From assembly GCA_965649765.1 (NCBI GenBank), contig OZ287755.1:3472001-3536000 (forward strand): 64,000 nucleotides of DNA, in the 5' to 3' direction. Position numbers and translations under genes: made by a program. The notes beneath the pieces are model-generated. The model was not told where the DNA came from, did not search any database, and saw only the letters and a list, made by a program, of their open reading frames with translations. This document shows positions 1 to 12,639 of the stretch, one piece after another (the first letter of the stretch is position 1; each line of letters opens with the position of its first letter). The DNA comes from Bispira polyomma (taxonomy: Eukaryota).

Positions 1-261
1 TAGAATGCAGTTTAAATGTCACAAAAAGGAATTGTAACATGTTCCTTAAGCATCAATATGGGCAAACCTAGTATTTGAGGAAAAGTTTCAATGAAGTTAT
101 CTATATTTTTATACTTGCTTTCCTTTTTGAGATATGTTTGATCAAAATAAAATTATGTTATCATTTTTATTTCTGTTTCAATGCATAATTCATCCCAAAG
201 GAAAGTACAGGCATCACTCAAACAGCTGCCATTTACACAATGAGGTTTTTTTAAGTTTTTT

Positions 262-515
262 TAATTGGGATATATAATGTCCACTCTAGTACCTGCTTAG
301 GTTATATTGGGACGGGTAGTTGGAAACGCTGGAGGAAACACTGCATACAATCGGTCAAGGTTCTGCACTGAAACCAGTGGCCCACAGTAAGGAACTACCA
401 CCTTTCCCACATAGGCATCAACGTAAGTCGAACCCACGCCAGCCGATCCCAGAGGTGAGAGACCAGTGATTGTGAAGTGCAATGCTTGCTAACCACTAAG
501 CCACCGCCGCCCCCC
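262..515 (-). mobile_element. tRNA-derived SINE
   Basis: Minus strand starts GGGGGGCGGCGGTGGCTTAGTGG (Pol III A box), has B box GGTTCGACT (426-434) and a GTTTCCTCCAGC body motif shared with other degenerate copies in the window. Confidence 0.75.
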
Positions 516-519
516 ACGA

Positions 520-690
520 TGACTTTCATGGATAGGGTAACTTGTGCTAACACTGTCTCTGCAGTGAAGTCTTATATTTCCTGCTACATTCTCAAGCCAC
601 ATTAAGGTGCAATTGATATTCGAACCCATGACTTTGGAGGTAGGGGGCAAATGTGTTAAACAGTATATGACCAAACCCCCTACCGCCTAC
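520..690 (-). mobile_element. degenerate tRNA-derived SINE, adjacent to the first
   Basis: B box GGTTCGAAT at 618-626 on minus, G-rich 5' start near 680. Confidence 0.5.
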
Positions 691-1613
691 CATACCGTCA
701 ATATGTGAACATAGCAATATTAAGCATTACATGTAAACCAAACAAACTCCACTGGATAAAATTGTAGTTAATATAATATAAAACAATATAGAGGGTGTAG
801 TATAATAGGATAATATATGACAGAGTAATGTCTTCAAGCTTGATTAGTGTTTTCATGCTGTTTTGTACAGTGAAGCAGTGCTTCAATTGGCTTATGTTGA
901 AAAAATACTGCCCCAAGTATACCCGTACTGGATCACTAGACAGGGCTCATTATATCACATTAAAACTGTCCAAAGTCTAAATGGAGGACAGGTAGTAAAT
1001 GTTTCATGGAAATAAAACACAAGGTTAGATATTGAATAAAAAATGTCTGATTTCCAAAAAACTATAAACTTAAGTTGCATCAATAATGTGGTTGCCACAT
1101 TGAATTTTACACCAATCCCGTAGTATTTGGGATAATAGGTCTGGTTGGAACTTACGTCAACAGCTTAGGTCATATCAAGACAACCTGATTCATTCATGAA
1201 AGAAACAGCTGCTGATAAATCCCAAGGGCTGTATAAGCAATCCTGCGTGCACTACTGACCTCTGGCCTATATTAACTTTGACCTGTTTAATAATTCACAA
1301 TGTTAAAACTTTCAGTTTGTATCTTTTCTGATAAAAAATCACTTGCCAATAAAGTAGATATCTAAATTTGGCTAGTTTTCTCATTTATTGGAGTAACAGA
1401 GCTAATGACAATTAAAAATAAGGGTCACCAAAGACATGAAATGACAGTGACATTCAAAAACTTAGTAACATACATTAAGTAATATTGCAGCTGGAATTTC
1501 AACTTTCATAGTATGTGACTAATAATTGTCGTTAGTCTAAGAGCAAATGTGCCTTTTTAAAAAAAAAAAATGCTTTAAAATTTGCATTTAGAATCCAATT
1601 TAAATTAGTTTGG

Positions 1614-1876
1614 TCAGGTATTGTAAATCTTAACTAATTTAATAGTGTTGTTTTGGTTTTGGTTTTGTTTGTGTAAATTTAATTTTTTTTTCTTGCAAGA
1701 TGATGGTCTATACACATGGTGTTTTGTGGTATTTTTGGGTGACAAACGTGGTCTATACTGAGAAGTCATAGAAACCTGATATAAGAAATGTTTGTTTTGT
1801 CTGAAGACTTGCATAATTGACACTTCTGGTTTTGGTGTGGAATTTAGATTTGTGTAGTGAACTTCATCAACCTCAT
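1614..1876 (-). other. candidate terminal exon (phase 1) with ITIM-like VHYTNL motif
   Basis: Acceptor tttttttcgtttag| at 1877-1878; open frame xDEVDEVHYTNLNSTPKPEV... continuous with ORF 1614..1823 to a TGA. Confidence 0.3.
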
Positions 1877-2119
1877 CTAAACGAAAAAAATATGTTTAAA
1901 CAAGTGGCTTTTTCTACTAATTTACGTGGAAGCTTTTGAAAGTCATATCAGGCTCATCCAATATTTAGAAAAATATAACATAATTTTAAAGAAAGAACCA
2001 AATATGTCCATGTAATTTCATTTCATTTAAAACTAGAATGTTGTAATTGTCTTTTTTCGTATGTGGTAAGACTTTTACGGATGGTATGCATGGCAAGAGG
2101 CAGAGCGGTTACCATTTGC

Positions 2120-2310
2120 AAAACTTGACAAATCTGACATGACACCTATAACACAAAAAATATCATCTTAAGTCTCAGTAGTATATTGATTAATCCAATA
2201 ACTATACCCAATTTTATAGCTTATGGCCAACTTACATAAATATCAATATTTTCGTATATTTCTAATTGTACAGAATATAGTAAACAGTTATGTCAGATTT
2301 GTCAACTTTT
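2120..2310. mobile_element. MITE-like element with 24-bp inverted repeats
   Basis: AAAACTTGACAAATCTGACATGAC (2120-2143) vs GTTATGTCAGATTTGTCAACTTTT (2287-2310), 22/24 complementary. Confidence 0.55.
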
Positions 2311-2611
2311 TCTTAGGGGTCTTACGGACTGTAGACTACACCATACTACATGTCACTACAATAAAATAGAAATATAATAATATAGAGAGGTTCTTCACAC
2401 TGCTTGTTACAGTCCAAGTTCTAAGATGTGAGGTTAATAAGTTAAGATAGCTTCCAAAGTAGTTTGTTGGAGATGGATAAATTTGTAAGTCAGTAAAACT
2501 CTGTTTGAGGATTTTATTTTTTTCACGTTAGTATATATGTACATGTACAGATAAGATGTAAAGTAATAAAAATTTTAAAATTATTTTGAAATTTTTGACA
2601 CCCAAGCCCAA

Positions 2612-3588
2612 CTAAGAGGAAGGAGGAATGGTGGAAGCAAAAGTGAGGGGGACAACAGAAGCTGCTTCTGATGTCTGTTGCAAATAGGTCCACACAGCTG
2701 AAGATCTCCATAAGCCATGTGACATTATATTCTGTAATGAAACGTTATTGTTAAATGCATATGTGGCACCTGATCTTCTAAAAGTGTGGAAACCGTGGGA
2801 GTTGTATTCGATGTCAATGTGTTCTAAAAATTTTTGAAGGGCTGCCCTCACATGAGAATCCACCACAGGGTAGAAAGGTGGAGTAGCTAATGCAAATAAG
2901 GGTGCTTTGTGTGAAAGATTCCTGGGAGCAAGCAATTTCCTTAAAGCTAGTACAGGGCATAGTGTGCTATTGTGGAGTTCAGGAATCTGTATTGTGTGTG
3001 TATCAGATTTGTTCTGTAAATGTTTTGCCCACTTAAGTGTTATGTGTGCCCCAGGTGGTCTAAATGATAGGTCTTGCCTAAGAAAATGCCTGGTAGGATC
3101 AAATGCAGATTTTAAGTGTGCTGCTATATTGGAAAGTCTCAAAAATGTAAAAAATGCCATGATAAATATGGCCCTAAATAATAATGGATCTTCCAGGATA
3201 TTGCAAGCTTTGAAAATGTTAGCCAGTTGTTGTATGTCGAAGATGCCTTTATGTTTTGGCTTGAAAGCTGAATTATGTGTCAAGCTTCTCAAGAATAATT
3301 AAATGTATTTGTGTGATAACGGAGTGGGGTCTGGTTGATATTTTTGTATCATGTACTTGATAGCAGCTACATAGTTATTTATAGCCCTAGGTGATAGCAC
3401 CGCTTGAACCAGGTATTCTAGAAATACCAGTACTGAATGAACCGTTACTTGGTAAATGCCAGCAAAATGATTAAATGCCAAAAAAGTACTAAATTGTGAT
3501 TTATAAGCACTACCTGTCTTTGGTCTGATGGCAGTGTCAATTCTGTTCCACGCTTAGGCTACAAACTGGCTGCTGAGGTTGGTGGAGC
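2612..3588 (-). pseudogene. tyrosine recombinase of copy 1
   Basis: ORFs 2612..3292 and 3299..3481 with catalytic R..HxxR..H/W..Y motifs; frameshift and stop present; begins at putative acceptor 3589-3590. Confidence 0.9.
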
Positions 3589-3594
3589 CTGTAA

Positions 3595-6208
3595 TTACAC
3601 AGATAAATTAAGATTAAAGTATTCCAATGGAATTTGTTTCCACTGAAATTTATTGTTTAATGTATCTAACATTTCCACACAAGGTGGGTGAGCTGAATAT
3701 ACTCTAGATAAATCGTCTGCTATGATATTTTGTTTTCCAGGAATATGTTCTATGGTGACTGTTATATCAAATGATGCTGCTATCAGCCACAAGTTACTTA
3801 AGCAAAGTTCTAAGAAGTCGTCTTTAGTCTTTTGGGATCCGACAACCAATACTACAGCCATATTATCGCAAAGAATGTTTAATTTGCTGTGGGCCCAGTC
3901 ATTTGCCCAAATTCTAATAGCTATTATAATATTTAACATCTCGAGATGTGCAATATTTAAGTCTCGATTATAAACGTTATGTATTGGGGTTGCGTATACC
4001 TGGTCGCCCCAGACACCTCCAAAGCCTGTGAGGCAAGCGTCCAAGTGTAGTTCATTGGCGTGCGCAATTATGGTGGGGTTAATATAAATTATGTGATTCC
4101 ATTATAGGAAGGAAGAAATTTTAGAAACCATTGCAAATCACTTTTCATGTCCCCATTGACCTTAATGCGCTTCTCAGTACTGCCTCTAAAGGCCATTAGA
4201 AGTCTGTTTATGAAGGTGCGTGCTGGTTTTACACACTTGTGAATGTACAGCAGACTACCTAATAGGGATTATTTTTTGTTTTTAGAAATAAATTTTTTAT
4301 TTTAAATTTCCGAACATAGATTCCAAATTTAGGTAATGTTTTCCTTAGTAATAGAAGTTGTGCCCTTCTGAAAATCAATATCTATACCAAAACCTGTCAC
4401 GCTCTGTGTGGGTGAAGTGAGTTTCTCGCTATTCATGGGGAGACCTAATTTTTTTAATAATTCTGTCAAAATCTGAAAACCTTTTTGAGCCTTATGTTTA
4501 GGTACGATACATATGTAGTCATCGATGTAGCAAATTAAGTTGAAACCTGACTTATTCATATAGAATGCTACTGCATTTGAACATCGCTGAAAGGCCCCAC
4601 TCCCATGAACCCAGCCGAATGGAATCGCTGGATCCAGAAACAACTCGTTGTTCCAAGATATGCCCAATTTGATGGCCTCAGCTGGATTGACTCTAAGGTT
4701 ACAAAACGCGCTCGAAATGTCAATGTTAAATTGGTTCCTGAGTCAGTTCCTGAATACAACGACTTGCCTGTGTAATGTCGTCAATGGCTGGGAACTTCAA
4801 TTTAAATTGTATCTCGTCAAACAGTACTTTGTTGACATTATCATTCAGTGAATCGCCCTGGGGATAAGAGAGATTTAAAATTACTCGCCTTTTGTCAACG
4901 TCTTTCAGGCGGGTTAACAATGGAGAACAGTGAAAATGTGTAGAATTAATGGCTTTGACTGGGCCCAACATAGCTCCATTTTCTTTCTCTTTGTCTAGAT
5001 ATTGACCCACTGCCTTAGTGTATTGTAGACAGAGAAGTGGTTTTTTGTTTTAACATTGTTTAAGTTATCAGGATTAGTAAGACTCAAAGGAAAACCAAAT
5101 TTCACATACTGGATTACCAGCTAGTGAGGATAATCAGAAAAAAATGTTTTCCCAAGCACTTGGGTTCAAACCTGAAATGATTGAATACCTGGCTTTTTTG
5201 TAGTGACGAAGTTCAGTGTCACTAACCAGCTTGCCAATTTCAATCATTTTTTCTACTGAATCAATGTTAACAGGTTTCCTGTCCAGACCCTTAAATTTAA
5301 ATTTTGTAGGAGAAAGTGCAATGAAACCTATGGTTTTGTCTAGATCATTAATGTCAGTGTTACCAGAACTGGTATGTTCCTGTCTTCCTGGATATTTGTG
5401 CTATGACAGTTTTCAAAGAAGACAGACAGATGCATATGTGATTGTGGTGAGTCTCCCCTACTCACCTTTTCCTGCTTGCTTTTATTATAAATCATTTTAT
5501 TTCCATTTTTACTATTTTTAACAGGCCAGACGTCTGCTGCCTGTGACTGCTTAATTAAGACATCAATAACATTTTCCATGTAGAAAGATCCCTTTTATAG
5601 TAATAACAACAATTTTTAGATTGTTTTCTGGTGTCATAAGAATAATTGGCAACACTCGGTTGAATTTTTTTCACTATACTATCATCCAGCCAAATTTCAT
5701 CTTTGTATCTATCTATGATCTGCAGTTCACCTGTTGAAGTAATAACTGTTGGAGAATATACCATACAATAATATGTAGCACAACGGCTGAGGCAGTAAAA
5801 TCCCTTGCTAAATTTTGTATTTTCACTACAAATGTAAGCCACTGGGGCCATAATTCCCCCATAATTAGACATTTCAGATAAATAACAGATATCTGCACTT
5901 GAATAGTTTTTCCAGTAATACAACCAATCTTTTCCATCGGAATTGACTAAAAATTTATCTCCTAGATTTCCCTGTAAGCAATTTTCTGTTTCAACATATA
6001 TTACATTTTTACTACTTGTTTTAACACTACGAGTATCATAATGACCCCTTGGTATGTTCTCAACTACCTGCATGTGGACATTATTGGCAATATTGAAATT
6101 AATCTTGGCTTTATAATTACCATTATTTATTTTACTAGTAATACCTTTTCTTTTATTACTATTCACACAAATTATGTTACTTCTCTGCTTAATTCTATAC
6201 ACTTCCAA
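3595..6208 (-). pseudogene. pol (N-terminal extension, RT, RNase H) of copy 1
   Basis: ORFs 5555..6208, 4726..5010 (HCSPLLTR..KRRVILNLSYP), 4329..4667 (PFGW..YIDD), 3595..4044 (RNase H); several frameshifts. Confidence 0.9.
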
Positions 6209-6235
6209 TTCGCTGATTGGCTGACAGTATTGTCC

Positions 6236-6655
6236 CTAACGATTATTTGACTGTTCTGGATTTTTGTTCAAATTAGCCTGAAATTTAAAGCACTTGAATT
6301 CGGGATGCACTGCATCCTTGCCAAGTGTTTTCGAACAGTGCCAACAAATATGCCTGTAAATGGCATGGTCGGTTTTGTGGGAACATTTCCCATTATTGTA
6401 CAACTTACAGATCGTCTTAAATTCATTTTGTTTCCCCTTACTCAGATCATTGCTACCATTATTACCAGTATTGCTTACTAGTGCCATTTGAGATGCACTT
6501 AATCTATTTAAAATCCACTGCGTTTGGTTGTCCCATGTAAGTCACCCTTCCTCTATCTCCTGCATACTGTGGCCCCAGGCTGTGCGCACGACCGGCCAGG
6601 GGAGAGCTGCCGCATCCCTGAGTGTGTGAACTACCTGCTGGATCATGCGTTTCAT
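6236..6655 (-). pseudogene. gag C-terminal part of copy 1 with Cys/His zinc-finger
   Basis: LRDAAALPW..., CKLYNNGKCSHKTDH..HICWHC..HPEFKC; homologous to gag 30463..31716. Confidence 0.85.
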
Positions 6656-9446
6656 ACCCCTCGTGTAGGTAAACAGGGTGGGGGGGTGTGATTTTTTATT
6701 AAGAAAAACTATGAATGTCGATTAGTTGCTACACCAGGTTTTACATCTTTCGAACTCATCCTTGTCTCTGCTCACTGGAAAAACCAGTATTTAAATTTTG
6801 CAACAGTTTATCGGCCTCCTGGCCTCCATGTCTTTTGTTAGGTTTACTTGCTCGTTACCCTCTCCTACTGTATTCTGTGGGGATTTCAATATTCACATAG
6901 ACACCGCATCTGGAAATAGTAATCGGTTTTCCACAGTTTTGGAATCTTGCAATCTTACCCAACACATAAACTTTTCTACCCATATTCATGGGCATACACT
7001 AGACTGCTTGCTAACTCCTACTGATTTCAATGGTATCAAAAACATAAAAGCATTGGTTGCATCAGTGATCATTTTTCGATATCCTGTGAAATTGATGCTC
7101 CCTCCCCACCATCTTTTGATGTCACACAAATCACTTTTCGGCAATTTTAAAAAATCAATATGTCTGACCTTAGACGAGAGTTGGCAGATACGGTCTTCGT
7201 CAAGTCTCCTGCTGATAATGCCACTGACCTATACACACAGTACTGCACTGACCTGCAGTCTCTTATAGAACGCCATGCGCCATGTAAATCAAAGACATTG
7301 AAGAAGCCAGCACCTGAGTGGATCACCAGTAATTATCGTGAAATGAAGATGCTGCGCAGGCAAGCCGATCGAACATGGCGCCGAAACAAAACAGCTACAA
7401 ATAGATCTAGACTACGCCAATGGATCACCCGGTGTAACAACACTATAAATGACTCAAAACGTGCCTACTATACTAACATGATATCAAAAAGCGAGGGTGA
7501 CCCGAAGAAACTTTGGCAAAAACTAAATAACACCCTCCACCGTAAAAAATAGACTATACTACCCGAAAATTGCAATAGCAAATCACTGGCAAACATTTTT
7601 AGTACTTTTTTCACTGATAAAATTACCAAAATCCGTGACGGTTTCACATTAGCTGCCCCAAATGCCCCTTTACCAACAGCTCCACCAACTGTCTTCAACT
7701 GTTTCTCCACAGTAACTGTTGATGAAGTCAGGAAAATTATACTGGCATCACCCGTAAAATCTTGCTTGCTAGATCCGTGGCTCACATTCCTTGTCAAAGA
7801 ATGTATTGACATTTTATTGCCCTCAATCACAAAACTTATCAACCTCTCGTTGATAAATGGCATCTTTCCAGATGATTTTAAAAAGGCTATTGTCACTCCT
7901 TTAATAAAAAAACCTTCTCTTCCAAAGGCTGACTTGAAAAATTACCGTCCTGTCTCAGGCCTTTGCTATATCTCTAAGTTGGTAGAACGCGCGGTTGCCT
8001 TACAGATCAAACAACATGTTGACGTCAGCAATCTGTCCAATAAGTATCAGTCAGCGTAAAAAAGTGGTCATTCTACTGAGACTGCACTTCTCTGCATCAA
8101 AAATGATGTTCATACATCTTTATCCAAAGGTATGCCTACTGCCTTAGTACTGCTGGATCTGTCAGCAGCCTTTGATACTATTGATCACAAAGTTCTTCTT
8201 GAGTGCCTATCGTCCTGGTTCGGTATCAGTGGTATGGCGCTTAAGTGGTTCACAGCATATTTATCTGATAGATTCCAATCAGTCAAAATTGGCAATATCT
8301 TATCCGACCCAACATGGTCAAAATTTGGTGTTCCCCAAGGTTCCGTCTTAGGTCCCATTTTGTTTTCTATGTACACCACTACTATTATTGCTGCATACAA
8401 AAACATAAACTTTCACTTCTATGCTGATGATACCCAACTGTACATCCACCTTACACCTGACACTGCCCAGGTAGCTTTCACTTCCTTACAGAACTGCCTT
8501 GTTGATGTACAACACTGGATGGCAGCAAATAAACTCAAGCTGAACCCTGAGAAGACTGAGTTTATTTTGTTTGCCTCCAAGTCGCAACGGGAAAAATTGT
8601 CCAGCTGTTTTCCACTTGACATTCTTGGCAGCAGGTTTTTTCCAGCTGACAAAGTACGAAACCTGGGTGTGGTGTTCGACTCTGAATTTTCCTTCTCGAA
8701 CCATGTCGCATCGGTGTGTAGATCATGTTTTGTTGGCCTCCTTGATTTCAGGCGGATTCGACGCTATCTTTCAAAATCCACTGCAATCACTGTTGCCAAT
8801 GCTTTGGTCAGCAGCAGGCTTGATTACTGCAACTCTCTGTTCCGTTCCTTATCTCGTAGTGATCTCAGACGCCTTCAGAATATCCAACACTCATTGGCAC
8901 GTATTGTGACCAAAACATCTAAATTTTCCCACATTACTCCTGTACTCAAGTCACTGCACTGGCTCCCAATAAAATATCGTGTTGCTTTCAAAACAGCAAC
9001 AATAATATATAAATTTTTAAATTCTGGATTACCCACTTATTTTAGCCCCCATCTATCCAAATATACATGCTCAGTCAGGACTAGGCGCAGTAACCCTGAT
9101 AAATTATACCTTAACATTCCCACTTTCGACCCTCGCATCCACAAATCCAAAGTTCAGTTCAATCACTGCCTAGCTCATGATGACCCCCTCATTTGGAACA
9201 GCCTACCTGATCATGTTCGCCTGGCTCAAACTTTCTCCTCTTTCAGGAGTAAGCTGAAGGCCTATCTTTTTGAACAGGCTTTTCCACCTTAGCCGTCGCA
9301 ACCATCTATGGTAGTCTCCCTGATTACGACTTCCATCCGACCACTATTTTTGATTTTCGATTAACGGTTTGGGTTTGTTGCGCCTTAGAATTTGTTGTAC
9401 AAAGATTAAGCGCTATAAAAGTACGACTAGATTAGATTAGATTAGA
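6656..9446 (+). mobile_element. 5'-truncated L2-clade LINE inserted in gag of copy 1
   Basis: APE remnant (CGDFNIH, HGHTLD), RT (LDLSAAFDTIDH, GVPQGSVLGP, YADDTQLY) in ORFs 6798..9292; L2-like 3' end (GCGCCTTAG...AAGCGCTATAAAA), (ATTAG)n tail; TSD TTTCAT at 6650-6655 and 9447-9452. Confidence 0.92.
8132..9292 (+). pseudogene. L2 ORF2 reverse transcriptase and C-terminus
   Basis: 386-aa ORF with canonical non-LTR RT motifs; upstream ORF2 is broken by stops and frameshifts. Confidence 0.9.
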
Positions 9447-10430
9447 TTTCATCAAGACAGGGTCTGCTACTGGAAGGGCATTGTTGAGCTGATCAGCCGC
9501 CTATTGCGCCATAGACAAGTTGTCCAAAGTGGCTTTCCGTTTCGCATTCGCGCCTACCCACCCCTCGTTCGGCCATCAAAATTTGGGGTCTGACATGAAA
9601 ATGTCAGAACTGTTATAACGCCCAGAATGTTGTTTTACTGGAGCCTTACCTTAGAGAATGTCTCTCTGGATATTGGTCTCATACCCCGCTAATTGCCTGG
9701 CTATGGCAGCCTGTATGGCTGGTATCGCCCGAAGAGTGTCCAGTTGTGGAACCACGCCGTCCTTGGCAAAGTCCTGGTGAACCGGGGGTTGTGTGGTTGG
9801 ACCTGGATTCATCGCCCGCGTAGGACATAACGGAAGTGGAGCTATCGAAGCTGGAGCTGCCAATGTGGATTGGTGCGGTCCCGTGGTGTCTGCTGCCGGC
9901 CTAGTAAGTAGCGCTTATTGAGTCGTTTCAACCTTACTGATTCGCTGACTGAGTTCTGTGTTCGAGGTTTCCAGTCATCTGAGTATAGCCAGCATCTCTG
10001 AAGAGCTGTCTGTGCTAGCAGTAACGCTTGACATGGACTGTTGACTCGCTATGAGTGGTTGAGTGGCAGTCGCCCCCGACAGGGCCTGCAAACAGGAGGG
10101 TGTAACCCCAGCATAAGCAAGGTCTCTATCTGCAGTTGGATAGCCCAGAGCATGTGGAAGTAGAGACTCGGTGGTAATATTACTAGGTGCACGTGGAGGT
10201 GTGACCTGACCATAAGCGGCCCCGGAGTTGGTAGTGGTTGTGGACAAGAATTCTGGAGATGGTTCGAGAGGTCTAGATGCTAGAGCAGTTAACTGTGCTT
10301 GAACCTCGGAAACTATAAAGTCTGATACCTGCTTACCTCCCTTACTGAGGTCTGTTGGAATTACCGTGCTTTTCTTTGTCCTCGCCTTGGTCGACCTTGT
10401 AACTGGTGTTTTTCTAGTCGTTTTGCCCAT
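9447..10430 (-). pseudogene. gag N-terminal and central part of copy 1
   Basis: ORFs 9975..10505 and 9651..9863 (DGVVPQLDTLRA..); frame rejoins 6655 across the L2 TSD (VADPVLMK|RMIQQVV). Confidence 0.85.
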
Positions 10431-11016
10431 TTTCCTCTTATGGACCACACTATACATTAATGGTAACTGGATGTATAAAATTAAAAACAAACTAAAATAA
10501 AACAAATAAAAACACTATATACATTCCAGTTTTTAAAATGTCTGTGTTGCTTGTTCAAATTTCGAGTTAATAATGCTAACAAGATGGAGGGGAGCGGTCA
10601 TGGGTGACTAAACCTGAATTTGATTGGAGGTTGTCAAATAAACAGGAAAATAAAGGTTAGTTATAACCTAAGGTTTTTAAGTTTTAATAAATCTTATGTT
10701 GGACTGAACTAACAGACCCCTAGAGTAGTCGTGTTGTGCACATGCCACTACACCACACTGAACAACAATGAAATTTAATTTGGAGAAATCTTTAAAAAAA
10801 CCATTGTGTCATTGAGTGTTTCTATATTGTTTGTGCCAAATGGCTTTGGTGATGATGTATATATCTTCCCGCTCATGACTGAGGAGATGTACATTATGTG
10901 GTATATGTAGTGGTGCGTTGTGTTTGGTGTGACTAGTACTGTCTGGCAGTGATGTGTCATCCCTTGTGGTATAGTCTTGTGTAGTGCAGTTGGCGGTGTG
11001 TGAGGGCAGTTTTTAA

Positions 11017-11218
11017 ATGGCCTTACAAACCACAAACTACACTACACTACCCTATATGGGACAACCCACCACCGTACTAAGGTACTATATATACCAACCA
11101 TGGCACAGCACTCTGCAACCATATAAAATACATTTTAGTCTTAAATAATTCCTATATATTATCTTATTCCTATTTTTGGGGAGTGTTGTATTGTCAAGTC
11201 GTCGGTCTGTAAGGCCAT
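11017..11218. mobile_element. PIF/Harbinger (Tourist-like) MITE
   Basis: TIR ATGGCCTTACAAACC / GGTCTGTAAGGCCAT, flanked by TAA on both sides (11014-11016, 11219-11221). Confidence 0.7.
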
Positions 11219-12639
11219 TAAGGCCCTTTATGGTAACCAATCTGTCACCGGTTGCTACAAAAGCCACGAAACATGGGCAGAAATCTAGGTTTTGTCTTTG
11301 GTATGTAGCCTGGACTCTTATTCTTGCTACTCCTATTATATAGTGTTAAATATGTATACAAATAAAACACTATAAACATTTATTTATACAAAATGTGCTC
11401 AAGACACATAACTTATACCACACAATTATATGAATAGGTACAGTTGTTACCTCTAACAAACATTGTTTCCAGCCATAAATTATCTTCATTGTACACATTT
11501 CTGGTATAACTATCCATAAACTGTTTAAATGTATTTGGTGACACTATCCTTCAAACTACAGCTACAGTTATCTTTGGGTGTCAGTTAAGACAAATCCAGT
11601 GTAATTCCCAGATCTCACCTTGACAAATTTTGATCATGAATGCTGGCAAAACTGAAATTATTCATGGTTGGTGGCCAATTCCTCCTGATTATTCCTTCAT
11701 CACTATTCCAAATTTCAATAGTTGGAAACAGCTTACTTGAAGTTGAAGCTTTCTTGTAGCTTTCTTTTACAGACATTCGCTTATATATTGCCATTCCTTG
11801 ATCACATATACACAACCAACCTACATAGTTGGTAGGCAATTCCTTCTGATTGTTCCTAATTTTTTCTTAATCTACATCCCTCACTTATCTCTGTAGCAAA
11901 TTTCACATCCATCGAAGTATATTATTCTACTCTTGTGGTGGAGTCAGCTCTGGTATAGCAAATAATTGGTGGATAGTCGCTGACATTAAAAAAAATCCGG
12001 GCCTTTCATATATAATGATGAAGTATTGAAATTATCTATCATTCTCCTCGGCATACTTGCAACACCCTCTTCTATGTGTGACCTAGACATTAAGTAACAT
12101 GATCTTAGTACAAATTATTGACATGTAATATCAAGTTAATTAACACCTAACAGGTGAATTATATCCACTGAAATCATCAACAAAATAGTTACACTTCATT
12201 TACACACTGCTTTTTTTTCCTTGAAATCAAATCATATCCGACCCACTTTTTTCAGAGGCATCTGTGCCTAAGAATAAAACTTGCAATTCTGAACTGTTCC
12301 AAGGAAGATATTACTGACTAACACACACTGATGAGTGGGATGTTTTACAAGCATCCACTAACGAGTTCTAGTGCTCAGCAGTGCTGCAATGACGGCTCCT
12401 TTAATGAAGAACAAGCCTCCCCCTTTTAACACAGACTTAGGACTGTACGTCCATCCAAAGACCATATGAAATGAATAAAATAGTTACTAGGCGTCAACAA
12501 CCCATAAATATTATTCTATTTTTATTCATTTCCTTGCAATATATACTTGTTGGTGCAGCAAACTTTTTTGTTTAAACATTATACACAAGGCTGAATGCTG
12601 ACAGTAGTAATGGTGTGTATTTTACTCCCTCCAGCTGAC

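Larger units (their letters stand above)
2400..10740 (-). mobile_element. Ngaro-type YR retrotransposon copy 1 (family A), degenerate, interrupted by an L2 LINE
   Basis: gag, then ORF2 N-term, RT (YIDD), RNase H (DACLTGFGG...HLEMLN...CDN...ADDLSR), then YR (FLRLSN...HTFRRSGAT...HGLWRS...Y). 5' end motif CACGAC..AGGGGTCT..TTCAGT near 10740 matches repeat A of copy 3; 2490-2605 resembles repeat B of copy 3. Left boundary approximate. Confidence 0.9.

Noticed and set aside
262-690. tRNA genes
   Set aside because: A/B boxes present but no cloverleaf, and they continue into SINE bodies repeated elsewhere.
2612-3292. Phage integrase or prophage interpretation of YR ORFs
   Set aside because: Always downstream of gag-RT-RNase H with split direct repeats, diagnostic of YR retrotransposons.
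7468-7896. Antisense ORFs over RT, YR and gag regions (also 2907..3302, 28802..29134, 36356..36670)
   Set aside because: Shadows of coding sequence on the opposite strand, not conserved among copies.
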